A stretch of DNA of 64,000 bases from Utricularia gibba (lineage: Eukaryota; Plantae; Magnoliophyta): assembly GCA_002189035.1 (NCBI GenBank), contig NEEC01000014.1, positions 1,798,001-1,862,000 of the forward strand, written 5' to 3'. The first letter of the stretch is position 1. Every line of letters starts with the position of its first letter. This document shows, in pieces, positions 13,240 through 24,705 of this stretch. Below the pieces are notes generated by a model. That model did no database searches and was not told the DNA's origin. It saw only the letters and a program-made list of their open reading frames with translations. The position numbers and the translations under genes are program-made.

Positions 13240-15819
13240 TCAATGTCCTTTCCCCCTAGGTCGATTATGCAACTCCAGCAGCTGCTTAAGGGATACTGAC
13301 GACCATTTCTCTCCAGTCTGTGCAAGAATCATTTGATTGAGAGAATCTACCACTACACTTATGTTTCCGAAGCCATAAACCTGATGCCCGTCTCGTGTTC
13401 TTCCAGGCTTGGGCTTGAATAGGAGTCCATTCTGTTGAGCATAAACTTCAACTGCTTCCTTCAAACTCATTTCAGGCATATTGTCAATGTCTTCTGCATG
13501 TACTCCGTTATCCAATCCTGAGGAGGATCGTTGCTGAGCTTGGGCTGCGGATTTTTTCTGGGACTCGAACTGCCTTTGTTCGCGTGCTCTGAGATAGCTA
13601 ATATTCTCTTTCAAACCAGGTGGTGCAACCTCCATGTCAAGAACTGCCTGACTCATCATTTGCAGACCAAGGTTAAGCCTGTAGCGGATATGGTCATTTG
13701 CCTGAAGCTCTGGCGGAAGCTCTTCTTTCCATCCCAGATACCATTTCTCGACTTCATTAAAATTTGGTTTTGAGCATAACCAATGATACAATACTTCTTG
13801 CCATTTATTGAAAAAAACATCCATCAACTGAAGCATGTGATGAGTTGGAATTGAAGTAAGCCACGTTCGTACCCAATCAAATGGCTCAGGATTCTGATTT
13901 GCTGGGTTTATTTGAAACTCATGCATGACATTCAGCAGCTTTGGGATGATACACTGGACCATGAGCCGCTCCCAACTGGCGGCATCAAATACATTCTTCC
14001 ATGGAGAAAGGATATAATAAGCAGACTTATCACTTGGGTGCCAAGCATGCAGAACATTCACCAATTTATGACGAATTGTGTGATAGCAAGTCTCTAACTT
14101 GGTTCCTAGCAGTGGCAACCAAGGATGTATCCATGAATGAATTGGAATGGTTTCTCTACGTGGATCCCAAGAATCTACAGCAGCTGATATCTTTGGCATA
14201 ATTACGCTATCCAGTATGGTCTGCTGGACAGGGGCAGGCAGAAACTCATCCCAAGACTCCAAAAACCTCAGCATTGGTTCAGGGTCCCTCGCTTGCCATG
14301 AGTTGGTTCCAGATATTCTCACAGCAGGAAATACAACTTCCATAAGCACCTGGACATATGGAGAGGCTGCAAATGAGAGCTTAAATGATTCTTGCCCTTG
14401 CAATAAACGCCTCCATTGAGACACTACCTCCCGCCCATGAGTTGGATTCTGGAGAGGGTCCCATCCTTGAAAGACTCTAATAAGTAAAGGTAGAGCATGT
14501 AAAGAAGCAATGGATGCTAGGTTGCACAATGTATAATCATCCGGAAATCTTTTCTGCATATCCATGAACGAGTGCACAAGTGATTCAAGTGTCAGTGTCC
14601 CTAGAGATCTCTTCTCTTCGATTTCATCCAGCACAAGCATGATTTCCTCCATGTTGCCAAGTTGCTGCTTCTGCTGATGTGCCTCTTTTTGCAACTTCTC
14701 TTTTTCCCTCTGCAGAGCCACAACAGTCTCATTTTCATTCCTCAAATCCTGATCCAGCTTCTGTATATCAAGCTCAGCTAGGTCAACCATCAATCTTAAG
14801 TTGTGCTGAAGCTCTGGCATTGGAACATCATTTTCTCGAGCTTTTTCTTCAGCATTCAAGTTCCCTAAGTTTGTCACAACACGTACCTGTGGTCCTCTCA
14901 TATCAAAAACCTTCTCAATAACATCAAGACCACGCTCCTGCTTCTGAGCCAGCAATTCTTCAGCGGTTATATAAGATTTTTTCTTTCGAGAACTCTTTGA
15001 CCACTGTTTTTCTTTTGATCGAATTTCTGCAGACTGGATCATCGCAACAGTGGGCCTTTCAGTTGAATCTGTTAGTGGCGGTTGTGCAGCAACCTCCTTG
15101 TAGTCATTGAAACCCATGCCCATGTTCTTGGGGCGTAACTTTGCCTCTATAGGAGTCACGATTCCCTGTTCATTCTTACCAAGGCCACCTCCCTTGTACC
15201 CCATCTTCTCAAGCAACTTCATTCCAATACCTTTGGTATGCTTCTCGAATGTACCAACACCAGCAGAGCCCAAATCTTTTCTCGAGGAATGGGATGACTT
15301 CTTTGCCAAAGCAGACCTCTCCTTCTCCCTTTCTCGTCTCAGCTGAGCACCTTCCCTGATTTTCATTTCAAAAGGAGTGTGCAGGAAGTTATCATCTTCA
15401 TCTACCCCTTCATCGCGAGTGGCCTTTTCAGAAGATCCAAATCCAAGGCCAGCAGAAGCTCCAAGCCCCAAGCCAGCAGGTTTAAGGTCATCTTCAGACA
15501 TAGCATCCTTATCCTCGACAGTACGATCAATTTCTTGACTTGGAAGAACAGAACCCGTAGAAACAAAATTAACTGGCTTTGTATAATCAGTTTTGCCTAA
15601 ATCTTTCCGACGCTTCCTTGAACCAGAGCCCTCATAGTCAGAGTCACTATCACCAGCCGCAAACACACCGTACAAAACATCTTCCTTCGTCTGGACACGC
15701 TTCTCCCTTCGTTTTCCATAAAATTCACCACCAATCCACTGCCCATCGTCATAATCATTATCCATGCCGAACCTCTCCATTTCTTGATCCTCATCCATAT
15801 TCTCTTCGCGAATAGCCAA
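13240..15819 (-). CDS. NTR1: Septin/tuftelin-interacting protein (TFIP11/NTR1) spliceosome-disassembly G-patch protein, intronless, 859 aa
   Basis: TIP_N region (KEDVLYGVF, YTKPVNFVS), G-patch GIGMKLLEKMGYKGGGLGKNEQGIVTPI, and GCFC domain (PIHSWIHPWLPLLG). Confidence 0.95.
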   Translation of the reverse strand: MAIREENMDEDQEMERFGMDNDYDDGQWIGGEFYGKRREKRVQTKEDVLYGVFAAGDSDSDYEGSGSRKRRKDLGKTDYTKPVNFVSTGSVLPSQEIDRTVEDKDAMSEDDLKPAGLGLGASAGLGFGSSEKATRDEGVDEDDNFLHTPFEMKIREGAQLRREREKERSALAKKSSHSSRKDLGSAGVGTFEKHTKGIGMKLLEKMGYKGGGLGKNEQGIVTPIEAKLRPKNMGMGFNDYKEVAAQPPLTDSTERPTVAMIQSAEIRSKEKQWSKSSRKKKSYITAEELLAQKQERGLDVIEKVFDMRGPQVRVVTNLGNLNAEEKARENDVPMPELQHNLRLMVDLAELDIQKLDQDLRNENETVVALQREKEKLQKEAHQQKQQLGNMEEIMLVLDEIEEKRSLGTLTLESLVHSFMDMQKRFPDDYTLCNLASIASLHALPLLIRVFQGWDPLQNPTHGREVVSQWRRLLQGQESFKLSFAASPYVQVLMEVVFPAVRISGTNSWQARDPEPMLRFLESWDEFLPAPVQQTILDSVIMPKISAAVDSWDPRRETIPIHSWIHPWLPLLGTKLETCYHTIRHKLVNVLHAWHPSDKSAYYILSPWKNVFDAASWERLMVQCIIPKLLNVMHEFQINPANQNPEPFDWVRTWLTSIPTHHMLQLMDVFFNKWQEVLYHWLCSKPNFNEVEKWYLGWKEELPPELQANDHIRYRLNLGLQMMSQAVLDMEVAPPGLKENISYLRAREQRQFESQKKSAAQAQQRSSSGLDNGVHAEDIDNMPEMSLKEAVEVYAQQNGLLFKPKPGRTRDGHQVYGFGNISVVVDSLNQMILAQTGEKWSSVSLKQLLELHNRPRGKGH

Positions 15820-16896
15820 TACAAAACCACCAAAAAAAAAAAAAAAAAAACCCCCTTCGAACCCTAATCCTCCGGCAACGGAAATTCCGAATCAGAGCCC
15901 AAAATCATACATCAAAAAGCAAAATCCACAATCACATAAGCTGTAACAATTGAACAACAGAAGAACCCACCGAACTCCGAGAGCGCTTCGGAAGAGCAGA
16001 GTCCTCCTCCTCCAGCGCAAGTCTACCGTGGTCGGTATCAGAATAAAACACTAGGGGCGGGAGGATTAACAAACAATAAACACTAATAATAATATTAATA
16101 AATTCAAAAACATAAATAGTGACCATATCCTTAACCTTACATCGCCTCATTATTATTATTATTTTGGATAAATAAAATATCTCATTGTTTAAAATTTACC
16201 CCGAAATAAATATTTTAAAAATATCTCATTATATTTTTAAAAAAAACAATCAATTTATATCTATTTATGTGAAATACCCAAACATTGTTTGATTTAAAAA
16301 TTTAAGATTAATTTAATAAAATTGTGTTATTTAGTATTTAGGTATAATTATATCAATTATATGAGTATAATCATCATTATACTCATATACTAATCTTATA
16401 TATAGGTATATGTATACTCAAGAAAAGTATGGATATTTTTATACTCATATATGAATTTATCTAAATTCAAATAATTTAAACCCATCAACATCTAAATACA
16501 CTAATCAAACAAAGTCCCAATGTCATAATTCTGAGTTTTCTTCTAAATTTAAAGATGGCGACCTGGATTTTGTTCTATTCCTTCCTTGGCTGAAGTGCAG
16601 ACACAGCTGCCAAAAAAGGCATTCTTTCCTCGAAACCAAAGAAACCTCCAACCTTTAAACCTCTGCATGAGCTTCTCATCCAATCCCTCGCGCTAACAAG
16701 CACAAAATGGGTCAAGTCCTCGACAAATTTGGTGAATGAACTTCTCCCTCGGCATTTACTTCCCATGTTAGCAGCCATCTCATGCTGTTGCCCTTCCGGA
16801 AATCTTGTTTTTTTTTTTTTTTGTATTGTTTTGCTCCTGTTGGGGGTGTGCATTCTGTGTATCCAGAAACCGAAAATACACAGATCTTGATTTACC

Positions 16897-17543
16897 ATGT
16901 ACCTTGCTTGCCACCCTTCTCGCATTTCTTGTTTTGATTCTTTGAACATGGCAGGGAGCAAGCAGAAAAAGGAAGGCGAAGTGATGGCGATTATTGAGAA
17001 ATGCTACGATAAGTTCTTCGTCAACACTGAATCTTGGAGCAAAGCCGACTTCCACCATGCAATCTGTCAGACCTTAGAGTAATCCAGCATCCATTTCCTT
17101 CATCATCTCCTTTGCACCTTCAGTATTAACCATTTTGTCTCCTCAGGGAGCTGAACAAAACCCTGGGCAGCACTCAGTTTCGCGTCCCAAGACCAGCACC
17201 ATCGAACAAGCCTACCAAGTAAGTTAAAATTCCATCACTCTCCGTCTACACAGATAAAGGCGATTTAGGAGGAGTCGAGTTTGTGCTTGAGCAGAAGCAT
17301 CACAAGGGGAAAGGGAAAGAGCTGAAGAAGGAAGAGTTTGAGAAGATTCTGCAAGCAGTGATTGTGGACAGCGGGGTTACGGGCATCGGCGCGAAGGATT
17401 TAGTTTTTTACATTTATGGAATTCCGGCGGCAACCTTACTGTTAAAGCAGCAATTGGCACCGAACATCTTCCCAAACGCCGTATTCATCCCTGCCATCAC
17501 TTCCGCAACTGTTTTTCTGCTTGCAAAGCTCAACAAGATTTGA
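16897..17543 (+). CDS. Small uncharacterised 3-exon plant protein with hydrophobic C-terminus; apparent -1 frameshift at 17186-17188
   Basis: Exons 16897-17079, about 17147-17218 and 17294-17543 with GT-AG sites. Adding one C gives a continuous frame (..RVPKTSTIEQAYQ|KHHKG..). Confidence 0.7.
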
Positions 17544-19800
17544 TGCATTCCTATTCTCTCTAATAAAATTGTTTCTAATATTATTAGTTTTAATTATTTA
17601 TAAAAAAATAAAAGTATACTTTTAATTTTAATCTTAAAATCACTTATATAAAAAAAAATTTCATAAAGAAGTTGTCATCTCATACTTTTCATGAAATTAG
17701 AGTGATTATCAAAATTAATTTTTGTATAATAAAACTTGATATACGTTTGAAAACAGTGGGTATTAGAGTATCTCCAATTTTCACAGAAGTATACGTGATA
17801 ATTCCATTTTGTTTATTAGATTTACATAAATCATTGTGTGAATGTAATTTTTTTTCTGAATTTACAATAAATGGAATTTTCATTTTCATTATGGAAATTC
17901 ATTAAAATGGACACAAAAAAATAACATTTTAAATTTATGAAAATGATTTACTTTACGTAAATGATTGTAGATAAAATGGAAATTTAGTAATTATATTTCT
18001 AGAAATATAATAAAAATGACATGATATTGCAGATTTTCGGAAATCATTCCAGATGGAATTAACAGTCAAGCCCAGCCCACTCGGATTACTTCCATACAGT
18101 GAGAAAACGTGTTCCCTTAGTGAGCCCACTTCAAAAACCCCCAGCACGTTTTCTTTCTGCTGCACCTCGGGGGTAGTTCTCTGGAGTGGAGGCCATCATT
18201 CCGAAGCAGCGAGCCAGGTTACTTCTCGAGTTGTTGGAAAATTCTTGCAAACTCCTTAAAGAGAAAAGAAAAAAAAAAGAGTTTGCAGAATTTTACACAG
18301 GCCCAATGATTGAGGGGAGAAATCAATGATCCCTAGAACAGCGCGCCCCAACTTCTACATTAAACACGCAATTATTAACATTTTGGATTGGATCGACTCC
18401 CCACCATCCTTCAACCCTGAAAAAAAAAGGAAAAAGAAAGAGCTTTCCGACAAGCCACGTCGTCCTCCTTGCAATGATTAAACTTGGATGATAGAACTCG
18501 GGCCGACCTCAAATTCCAACATATCAAAAACGTGGACGACTATTGAGCCAAGTTTTTTTGCTTAAATAGCGTCGCGACTAAAGAGGTTGGCTCATCACAT
18601 ATGCGTAGGACAAAGTAGTAGTCAAAGGTGAATGGTAATAATTGGTCTCTTGTCTCCCCCACAATGATGCATCTGTAGTTATCGCACCTCTTGTGATCGG
18701 GGAAAATACCCGGTAAAGAAGAGAATGTCATTTCCATTTCCAAGAAGCATCTCCGCCATGCCAGAAAAGTAAGAAGAGGGATCGAAATTGGGGACATGGC
18801 TACGCCGACGACCGCCACCTATGACCGCGACTGACGGCGAGGCTTCGTGACAAGAGAAGAGCCTAACCCAAGGGTGGGGCTCAAGGACAGGGACCCTCGT
18901 CGCCCGTGCGGGCAGCCTCACCGCGCACGGACCCATGCCCGGGATAACCCAATCCGATCCACCCACCCGCATCTACTGCGGTAATCAGTACGGCTTGTTG
19001 TTTTCGTGGAAGAAATAGAAAGCCATGGGTACTGTTCGGGTGGAGGGTAGAAAAGGGAAAACACTGCGACGAGGTGTACGGAGAAGACAAGGGTGCGTGC
19101 GGACAAAGTGCCATAAGAGGCGTCAGGCTAGTCTGCAACCCTCGTTTCTACCTACGGACTACGCTTGCAGTCTGCACCTCCCATCACTTGGAATTGAAAT
19201 TACCAAATCAATTTTAATTTAATGGGAAATGAATAAAACTGCATTTTCCTTCGACGGAATTAGTAATAACTTCACCGTGGGGTGAAATTATTGAAACTTG
19301 AAAGAGAAACACGTTTCAATTTGTGAGCTGGGGCTATTTACTAAAAGGTACATAGGTGGTCCCCACCATGATGATTATCACGCCAAGGTAAAAAAACAAA
19401 ATATAAGAAATAATTACTGGGAGTTATTACTGTGTCAGACTGAGAAAGAAAATATCAAGACCTCACCGCCTTCGTGATTGCTTCCATTTCTACCCTTTTT
19501 TGCTAATATTTTATGAAATTAATTAATTAATACATCCAAAAATTCCAATAATTTCATAGCATTGATGTCACGGAAGGGGGGGACTTGTCAAAAGTTTGGG
19601 CCGCGTGGAAAAATCCTGTCACATTGCAGTATCTCTCACCCTCTTCGTGAGACTTCCAGCCTGGCAACACCTATGTGTTATCCAATCAGGGCCGTTCACG
19701 TGTCCACGCGATGTTGACCCTCACTCCCATACAGCTGTCCTTTCCTTCCGTATAAGTATGCACCTCCCGCGCCCATCTCCTTCCTTTCTAAGCTCTATCC

Positions 19801-20697
19801 ATGGCGTCGAAGATGGTTGCGTGCTTCGTGCTCCTGATTCTGAGCGCGTGTTTTTATACTTCGCTGGCGGTTCTCGTCCAGGAACAGCCTCTTGTTCTCA
19901 AGTACCACAACGGCGTGCTGTTGAAAGGAAGGGTCACTGTGAATCTCATCTGGTACGGTACCTTCACCCCCACGCAACGCTCCGTAATCGTCGATTTCCT
20001 CGATTCTCTTAGCTCTGGTAAGGAGGCGAGTCCCTCCGCCGCCTCTTGGTGGAGGACGACAGAGAAGTACAAATCCGGCGGCGTGGGGCCTAGGATCGTC
20101 GTTGGAAGGCAGTTTATGGACGAGAAATACACATTCGGGAAATCGCTGAAGAATTCCAACATTATCTACCTCGCCGCTAGAGGCGGCCATGGAGTCGGTG
20201 CCGTTAACGTTGTTCTGACTGCGAAGGACGTCGCCGTCGACGGTTTCTGTATGAACAGATGCGGTACACACGGCTCAACACGCGGACCGGCGAGATTCGC
20301 GTACGCCTGGGTCGGAAACTCGGAGACGCAGTGCCCGGGGTACTGCGCGTGGCCGTTTCATCAGCCGATCTACGGCCCGCAGACCCCGCCCCTCGTGCCG
20401 CCCAACGGCGACGTTGGATTAGACGGTATGGTGATCAACCTCGCCTCCGTTCTGGCCGGAACGGTGACGAACCCGTACAATAACGGTTACTTCCAGGGGC
20501 CCCCCACTGCGCCGCTCGAGGCGGTCACCGCTTGTCCAGGTGTGTTCGGGTCAGGCGCTTACCCTGGATACGCCGGCAACTTGCTGGTCGACAAAACCAC
20601 CGGCGCTAGCTACAATGCGAACGGCGTGAATGGCCGGCATTTCCTCCTACCGGCAATGTGGGACCCCGAGACTTCCCAATGCGCGACCCTCGTGTAA
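19801..20697 (+). CDS. EXL: EXORDIUM-like / PHI-1 apoplastic protein, intronless
   Basis: Signal peptide; [46 protein letters not shown], and [11 protein letters not shown] motifs. Confidence 0.95.
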   Translation: MASKMVACFVLLILSACFYTSLAVLVQEQPLVLKYHNGVLLKGRVTVNLIWYGTFTPTQRSVIVDFLDSLSSGKEASPSAASWWRTTEKYKSGGVGPRIVVGRQFMDEKYTFGKSLKNSNIIYLAARGGHGVGAVNVVLTAKDVAVDGFCMNRCGTHGSTRGPARFAYAWVGNSETQCPGYCAWPFHQPIYGPQTPPLVPPNGDVGLDGMVINLASVLAGTVTNPYNNGYFQGPPTAPLEAVTACPGVFGSGAYPGYAGNLLVDKTTGASYNANGVNGRHFLLPAMWDPETSQCATLV

Positions 20698-22322
20698 CAA
20701 CAGGAGGGAAGAACTCGGTTCCCTGTTCTTTGTATAAAGCCGCTGGGCCTCTGTTTTGTTTTTGCACGCTTTTCAAGCTCATGTAAAAAAAAATGCAAAA
20801 ATATATAATATAGTTCACCTCAAAAATTTATTTTCCAGAAATCTCCTCTAATAACCCCAATGGAGTTATAGATAGTGGGGACACGTGGAAGACGCAACGA
20901 AGGTATGGGGCGGGTGTCAATTTATTTCACTTAAAAAAGTAATTACTTTACACGTAATGCGGAATCATGCATTAATTAATATGTGGAAGCTTGGGACATT
21001 AATCCAGGTCAATGATGAGATTAAGACGTTAATGAAGGAAGATTCGGTCGGGTTACCAAGTGGGTAACTCCATTTAGGGCTCTGTCTATGTCTAATGGTG
21101 TATGTGGATTTACTTAGAGCGAGCTAGGTGTCAGTCCATTCATGGACGGAATTGCCCCACTCCTGGTCCCCAAACTCCATCAATACCAATTACTGCATCA
21201 CCCCCCGGTCCCAAACAATCACAAGTACCAAAATCCAATCTTGCTCCTATCCCCCCAGTCAACACAGCCCACGCCCCCATTGCACGTACGTTTCAAGAAC
21301 CCTAATCCACTGGCTGACGGAAGCCGCGACAGCGACGCTGCTCTGGTCCTAATGCAGTCGTTTATTTTCCTACAATGACCATGCCGCCCATTTACTTACC
21401 GTCCCAAGAGAAAAAAATTTAGAAATTTGATATGTATCATATATTGTGTTCAAAAAAATAGCCAATCTATGTATATTTTCTTATTAAGTGTGTAAGATAT
21501 AATATGATAATGATCATTTTTCTAAATGATCCCCAACAATTTCTGTGGTCCTATCTTGTGTTTTACCATATGGGAAACTTTAAGATCGTGTTTGGAAGGA
21601 TATGCATTATTCTATTATAAAATTTTCTATAATACCAAAATAAATTTAAAGAGGTATGGCATACAGGAAAAAAAAATGCTTATAGTAAAGGAAAAAAATA
21701 TACCGAAAAAAATTTATACTGACTAACAAACACATATTATGTATTCAAATACCCGATATATACTTGTTTATACTAACTATCAAACACATACTAAGAATAG
21801 ATTTTTAAGCTTCCAACACATGTGGATATTATGGTCACTCTGCATTGGGCTTGAGGAAACCTGGACTCTCTTTTCCTTGAAGCCCATTGGGCTTCTCGTT
21901 TCAGTAGGGCCCACATCATCCATTTCCTACGGATTTTGATTTTTCATTTGTTAAATGAAGAGTTGACAATCGGGATATAAGAAAAGGTTGGGCGGTCCAT
22001 ATCTAGAATATTTAAAATAAAAAAAATGAAGAGGAAAATTTTGTATACTAACCGTCCCTACCCTGGATTCCGGGTTGGGGGGGGGGGGGTTCGGACCGGA
22101 GATACAGTTAAGAGACAGCTCGCTAATACTCGGTCAGCTGCAATTAACTATTCTACATTCTTCTTCCCCACCTTCTTTTATTCCTCCTTCCCTCCTCAAT
22201 CGGGACCCTCGAATCTGTCACTCCGCCCATCCAACGGCTGCCGGAGTGCTCTCGCTCCCTCTATAAATCACGCCTGGGGGCAGGCATCAGTTGTATTGGT
22301 GCATTTCGTTGTTATACATCTC

Positions 22323-22589
22323 ATGGATGCTTCGAGAGCCTTGTGCTTCGCAGTCGTCGCCGTCTTGATCGGATTGGCTTCCGCGCAAGCGCCCTCGCCG
22401 GCTCTTCCGCCCGCCGCACCCACCCCGACTCGTACTCCGTCTCCTAGTCCCGCCCCTTCCCGCGCTCCTTCGCCTGCCCCTGCTCCCAGGGTGCCTGCGC
22501 CACCTCCGGCGCCCACCGGCGGCGCCGTCAGGAACGTAATGGGCGTCGCCTCCGGCGTCGTCTGCCTTGTGGCCTTCTGGTTGGTGTGA
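22323..22589 (+). CDS. Small classical arabinogalactan-type protein (88 aa), probably GPI-anchored
   Basis: Signal peptide ending ASA|QAP, AP/SP/TP dipeptide repeats, hydrophobic C-terminal tail, and TATA box (CTATAAAT) at 22261. Confidence 0.8.
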   Translation: MDASRALCFAVVAVLIGLASAQAPSPALPPAAPTPTRTPSPSPAPSRAPSPAPAPRVPAPPPAPTGGAVRNVMGVASGVVCLVAFWLV

Positions 22590-23154
22590 TGCCCGGCTTT
22601 TGGGAGTCATGGCGGTTGGCTTCGCATCACAATGATCACTACTTTTCGGATGAGTTCATTCTTGTGTTTGTGTCGCTTGTTGTACGATCATTGCCCACGC
22701 TAGAAATTTAAATTATTCATAATTTTAAAATAATTTTTATTTTCCAGTAAAAAATTTGGTAAAATTCTACACATATTTATTTTAATTTATTTGAATTGCA
22801 AATGTATTTTCAGTTTTTTTATAGATTAAAAAGTTCAAGGATAATAATAAAATCCCCTTAATAAATATATATTTTTTCAGAAGGGTAGGCGTAGTTAACG
22901 TGAATTTCATGCGATTCTATGGACGTAGAAATTGTCGACGCAGATTTTACTGTATTAATTACAAATTTACCCTGATTTAGAAAAATATGAAGGGGAAAAG
23001 TCAAATTTCAAATTTCAATGTAAAAGTGTGTGTTGCCTGCGCCGACGGAAATGCCAGAGAAAATGTTGATATGAGGGGAGTAGGGTTCCGCCGTTCTCCG
23101 TGACCTGGAAGAGTCAACTCGAGTGAAACAAGAACCGGCGACGCGGACGCCGCT

Positions 23155-24096
23155 ATGGCCGACGATCTCCGAAAGCTGCTGAATGATTCAAGCGAACCGC
23201 GAATATCTATCCGTGATGTTGTTCCAGTTGTTCTGGCGCCGGCGCCGGCGCCGTCGGAGTCGGATTTCTTTCCTGCAGCTGATGCTAAAGTCAACCCCAT
23301 GCTTTTCGTGATGGTTTCGCTATCCGCGCTTGCGGCTGCTTTCGTCTTCTTCATTTTTCTCGCCATCCGTAGACTCTACAGCATCTGGTACAATCGCCGC
23401 CGTCAAAGACGGCGGGAGTCTAGACAGAGCCGTGTAGTTGCCGATCAGTTTGTGGATCAGGACCTAGGGCTGGTGGTTGATCATCCAATTTGGCATATCC
23501 GAACTGTAGGTTTACAGCCTTCGGTAATCAACAAGATAGCCGTCGTGAGGTACAAGAAAGGGGATGCCCTAATTGAGGGCACGGATTGCGCTGTTTGCTT
23601 GAGTGAATTTCAACATGATGAGAGTCTACGAATACTCCCCAAGTGCAATCACCCCTTTCATCTCCCCTGCATCGATACCTGGCTGCGATCACACACAAAT
23701 TGCCCCATCTGCAGAGCTGGGATTGTTGAAAATCCATCTGGAGACAGATCTGCTGAGACTTCCGATGAAGATGAGATAAACCGGGAACGCGAAATGGTCG
23801 ATACAGAGGCCAACGAGCATGATCCTGAGCTGAGGATTGAGATCCATGACCCAAATGGATCATTAAGAGGGCAGAAAATGGAGGAAACATTCGTGGGGGA
23901 GGCAGCTCAAACAGTAGGAAGATCAGTTTCAATGGATTCAAGACTGTGGCATCCTGGACAGAGCCCAGTTGCAAGACAAGATGAAATGAATGACATATGG
24001 TACACTGAAACAGGGGCAGCTTCCTCCTCCTCCCCTGCTTCTTCTTTAGTTCAGAGGTCAGCCTCTTGCAATGCTAAAGTATTTCCTCCAAGGTGA
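23155..24096 (+). CDS. ATL: ATL-family RING-H2 E3 ubiquitin ligase, intronless
   Basis: TM helix, [12 protein letters not shown] (GLD box), and RING-H2 CAVC..C.H.FH..C..CPIC. Confidence 0.93.
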   Translation: MADDLRKLLNDSSEPRISIRDVVPVVLAPAPAPSESDFFPAADAKVNPMLFVMVSLSALAAAFVFFIFLAIRRLYSIWYNRRRQRRRESRQSRVVADQFVDQDLGLVVDHPIWHIRTVGLQPSVINKIAVVRYKKGDALIEGTDCAVCLSEFQHDESLRILPKCNHPFHLPCIDTWLRSHTNCPICRAGIVENPSGDRSAETSDEDEINREREMVDTEANEHDPELRIEIHDPNGSLRGQKMEETFVGEAAQTVGRSVSMDSRLWHPGQSPVARQDEMNDIWYTETGAASSSSPASSLVQRSASCNAKVFPPR

Positions 24097-24705
24097 GGGC
24101 GACCGGAAACCGACTGGCTCTCTTGCCAGTTTTACTCCATCTGATTTACGTACTGTAACTGTACTATCATATACTTGTTCAAAAGAACACTCTGCATCTA
24201 AACTTGAAGTTGGAGGCTTTCATAGATATCTTCTTATGCCGAAGTAACTGGTACAGTTATGTGAATGGTGTTGTATCTGCTTCTCGTCTCCAACGGTAGC
24301 CATGGCATTGCAATAGAGTCTGCGATCGACGTCGTGTCTTGAATATTGAAACGGGGCGGGTCTGGGTATGAAGAAATGGTTGTGGGCCAGCTTATTGGGC
24401 CTGGGCATTTGGCCTTGACGCTCGGACACATCTCAGATGACGGTGGGGCCCGGTAGTATTAGCGCGGAAGATATTTTGTTGAAAATAAAAAAACAATTTT
24501 TTATTCCACGTCATTTTGGGCTTTCGAGTTTGTTTCGCGTTCGGCTTCGCCATCCTTATCCTCTGTGTTCAGCCCCATTTTTTTTTGGTGTTTCTGGTTT
24601 TTTTCTTTTGTTCTTCGTTAAGAATTGTGAAAAATATTATATATTTCCAGAATTTGTGGGAATTGGAAATTCTGCTGATTGCTGCTGATAGCAAAATTTG
24701 CCGAG

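Noticed and set aside
17765-17790. TTAGAGTATCTCCAAT resembling a Tourist/PIF MITE terminus
   Set aside because: No matching opposite terminus found nearby.
18845-18865. GTGACAAGAGAAGAG superficially like miR156/157
   Set aside because: Too many mismatches and no fold-back partner.
19795-20271. Long antisense ORFs opposite EXL, ATL, NTR1, EX1 and the DUF593 gene
   Set aside because: These are shadow frames of GC-rich or low-complexity coding sequence with no independent motifs.
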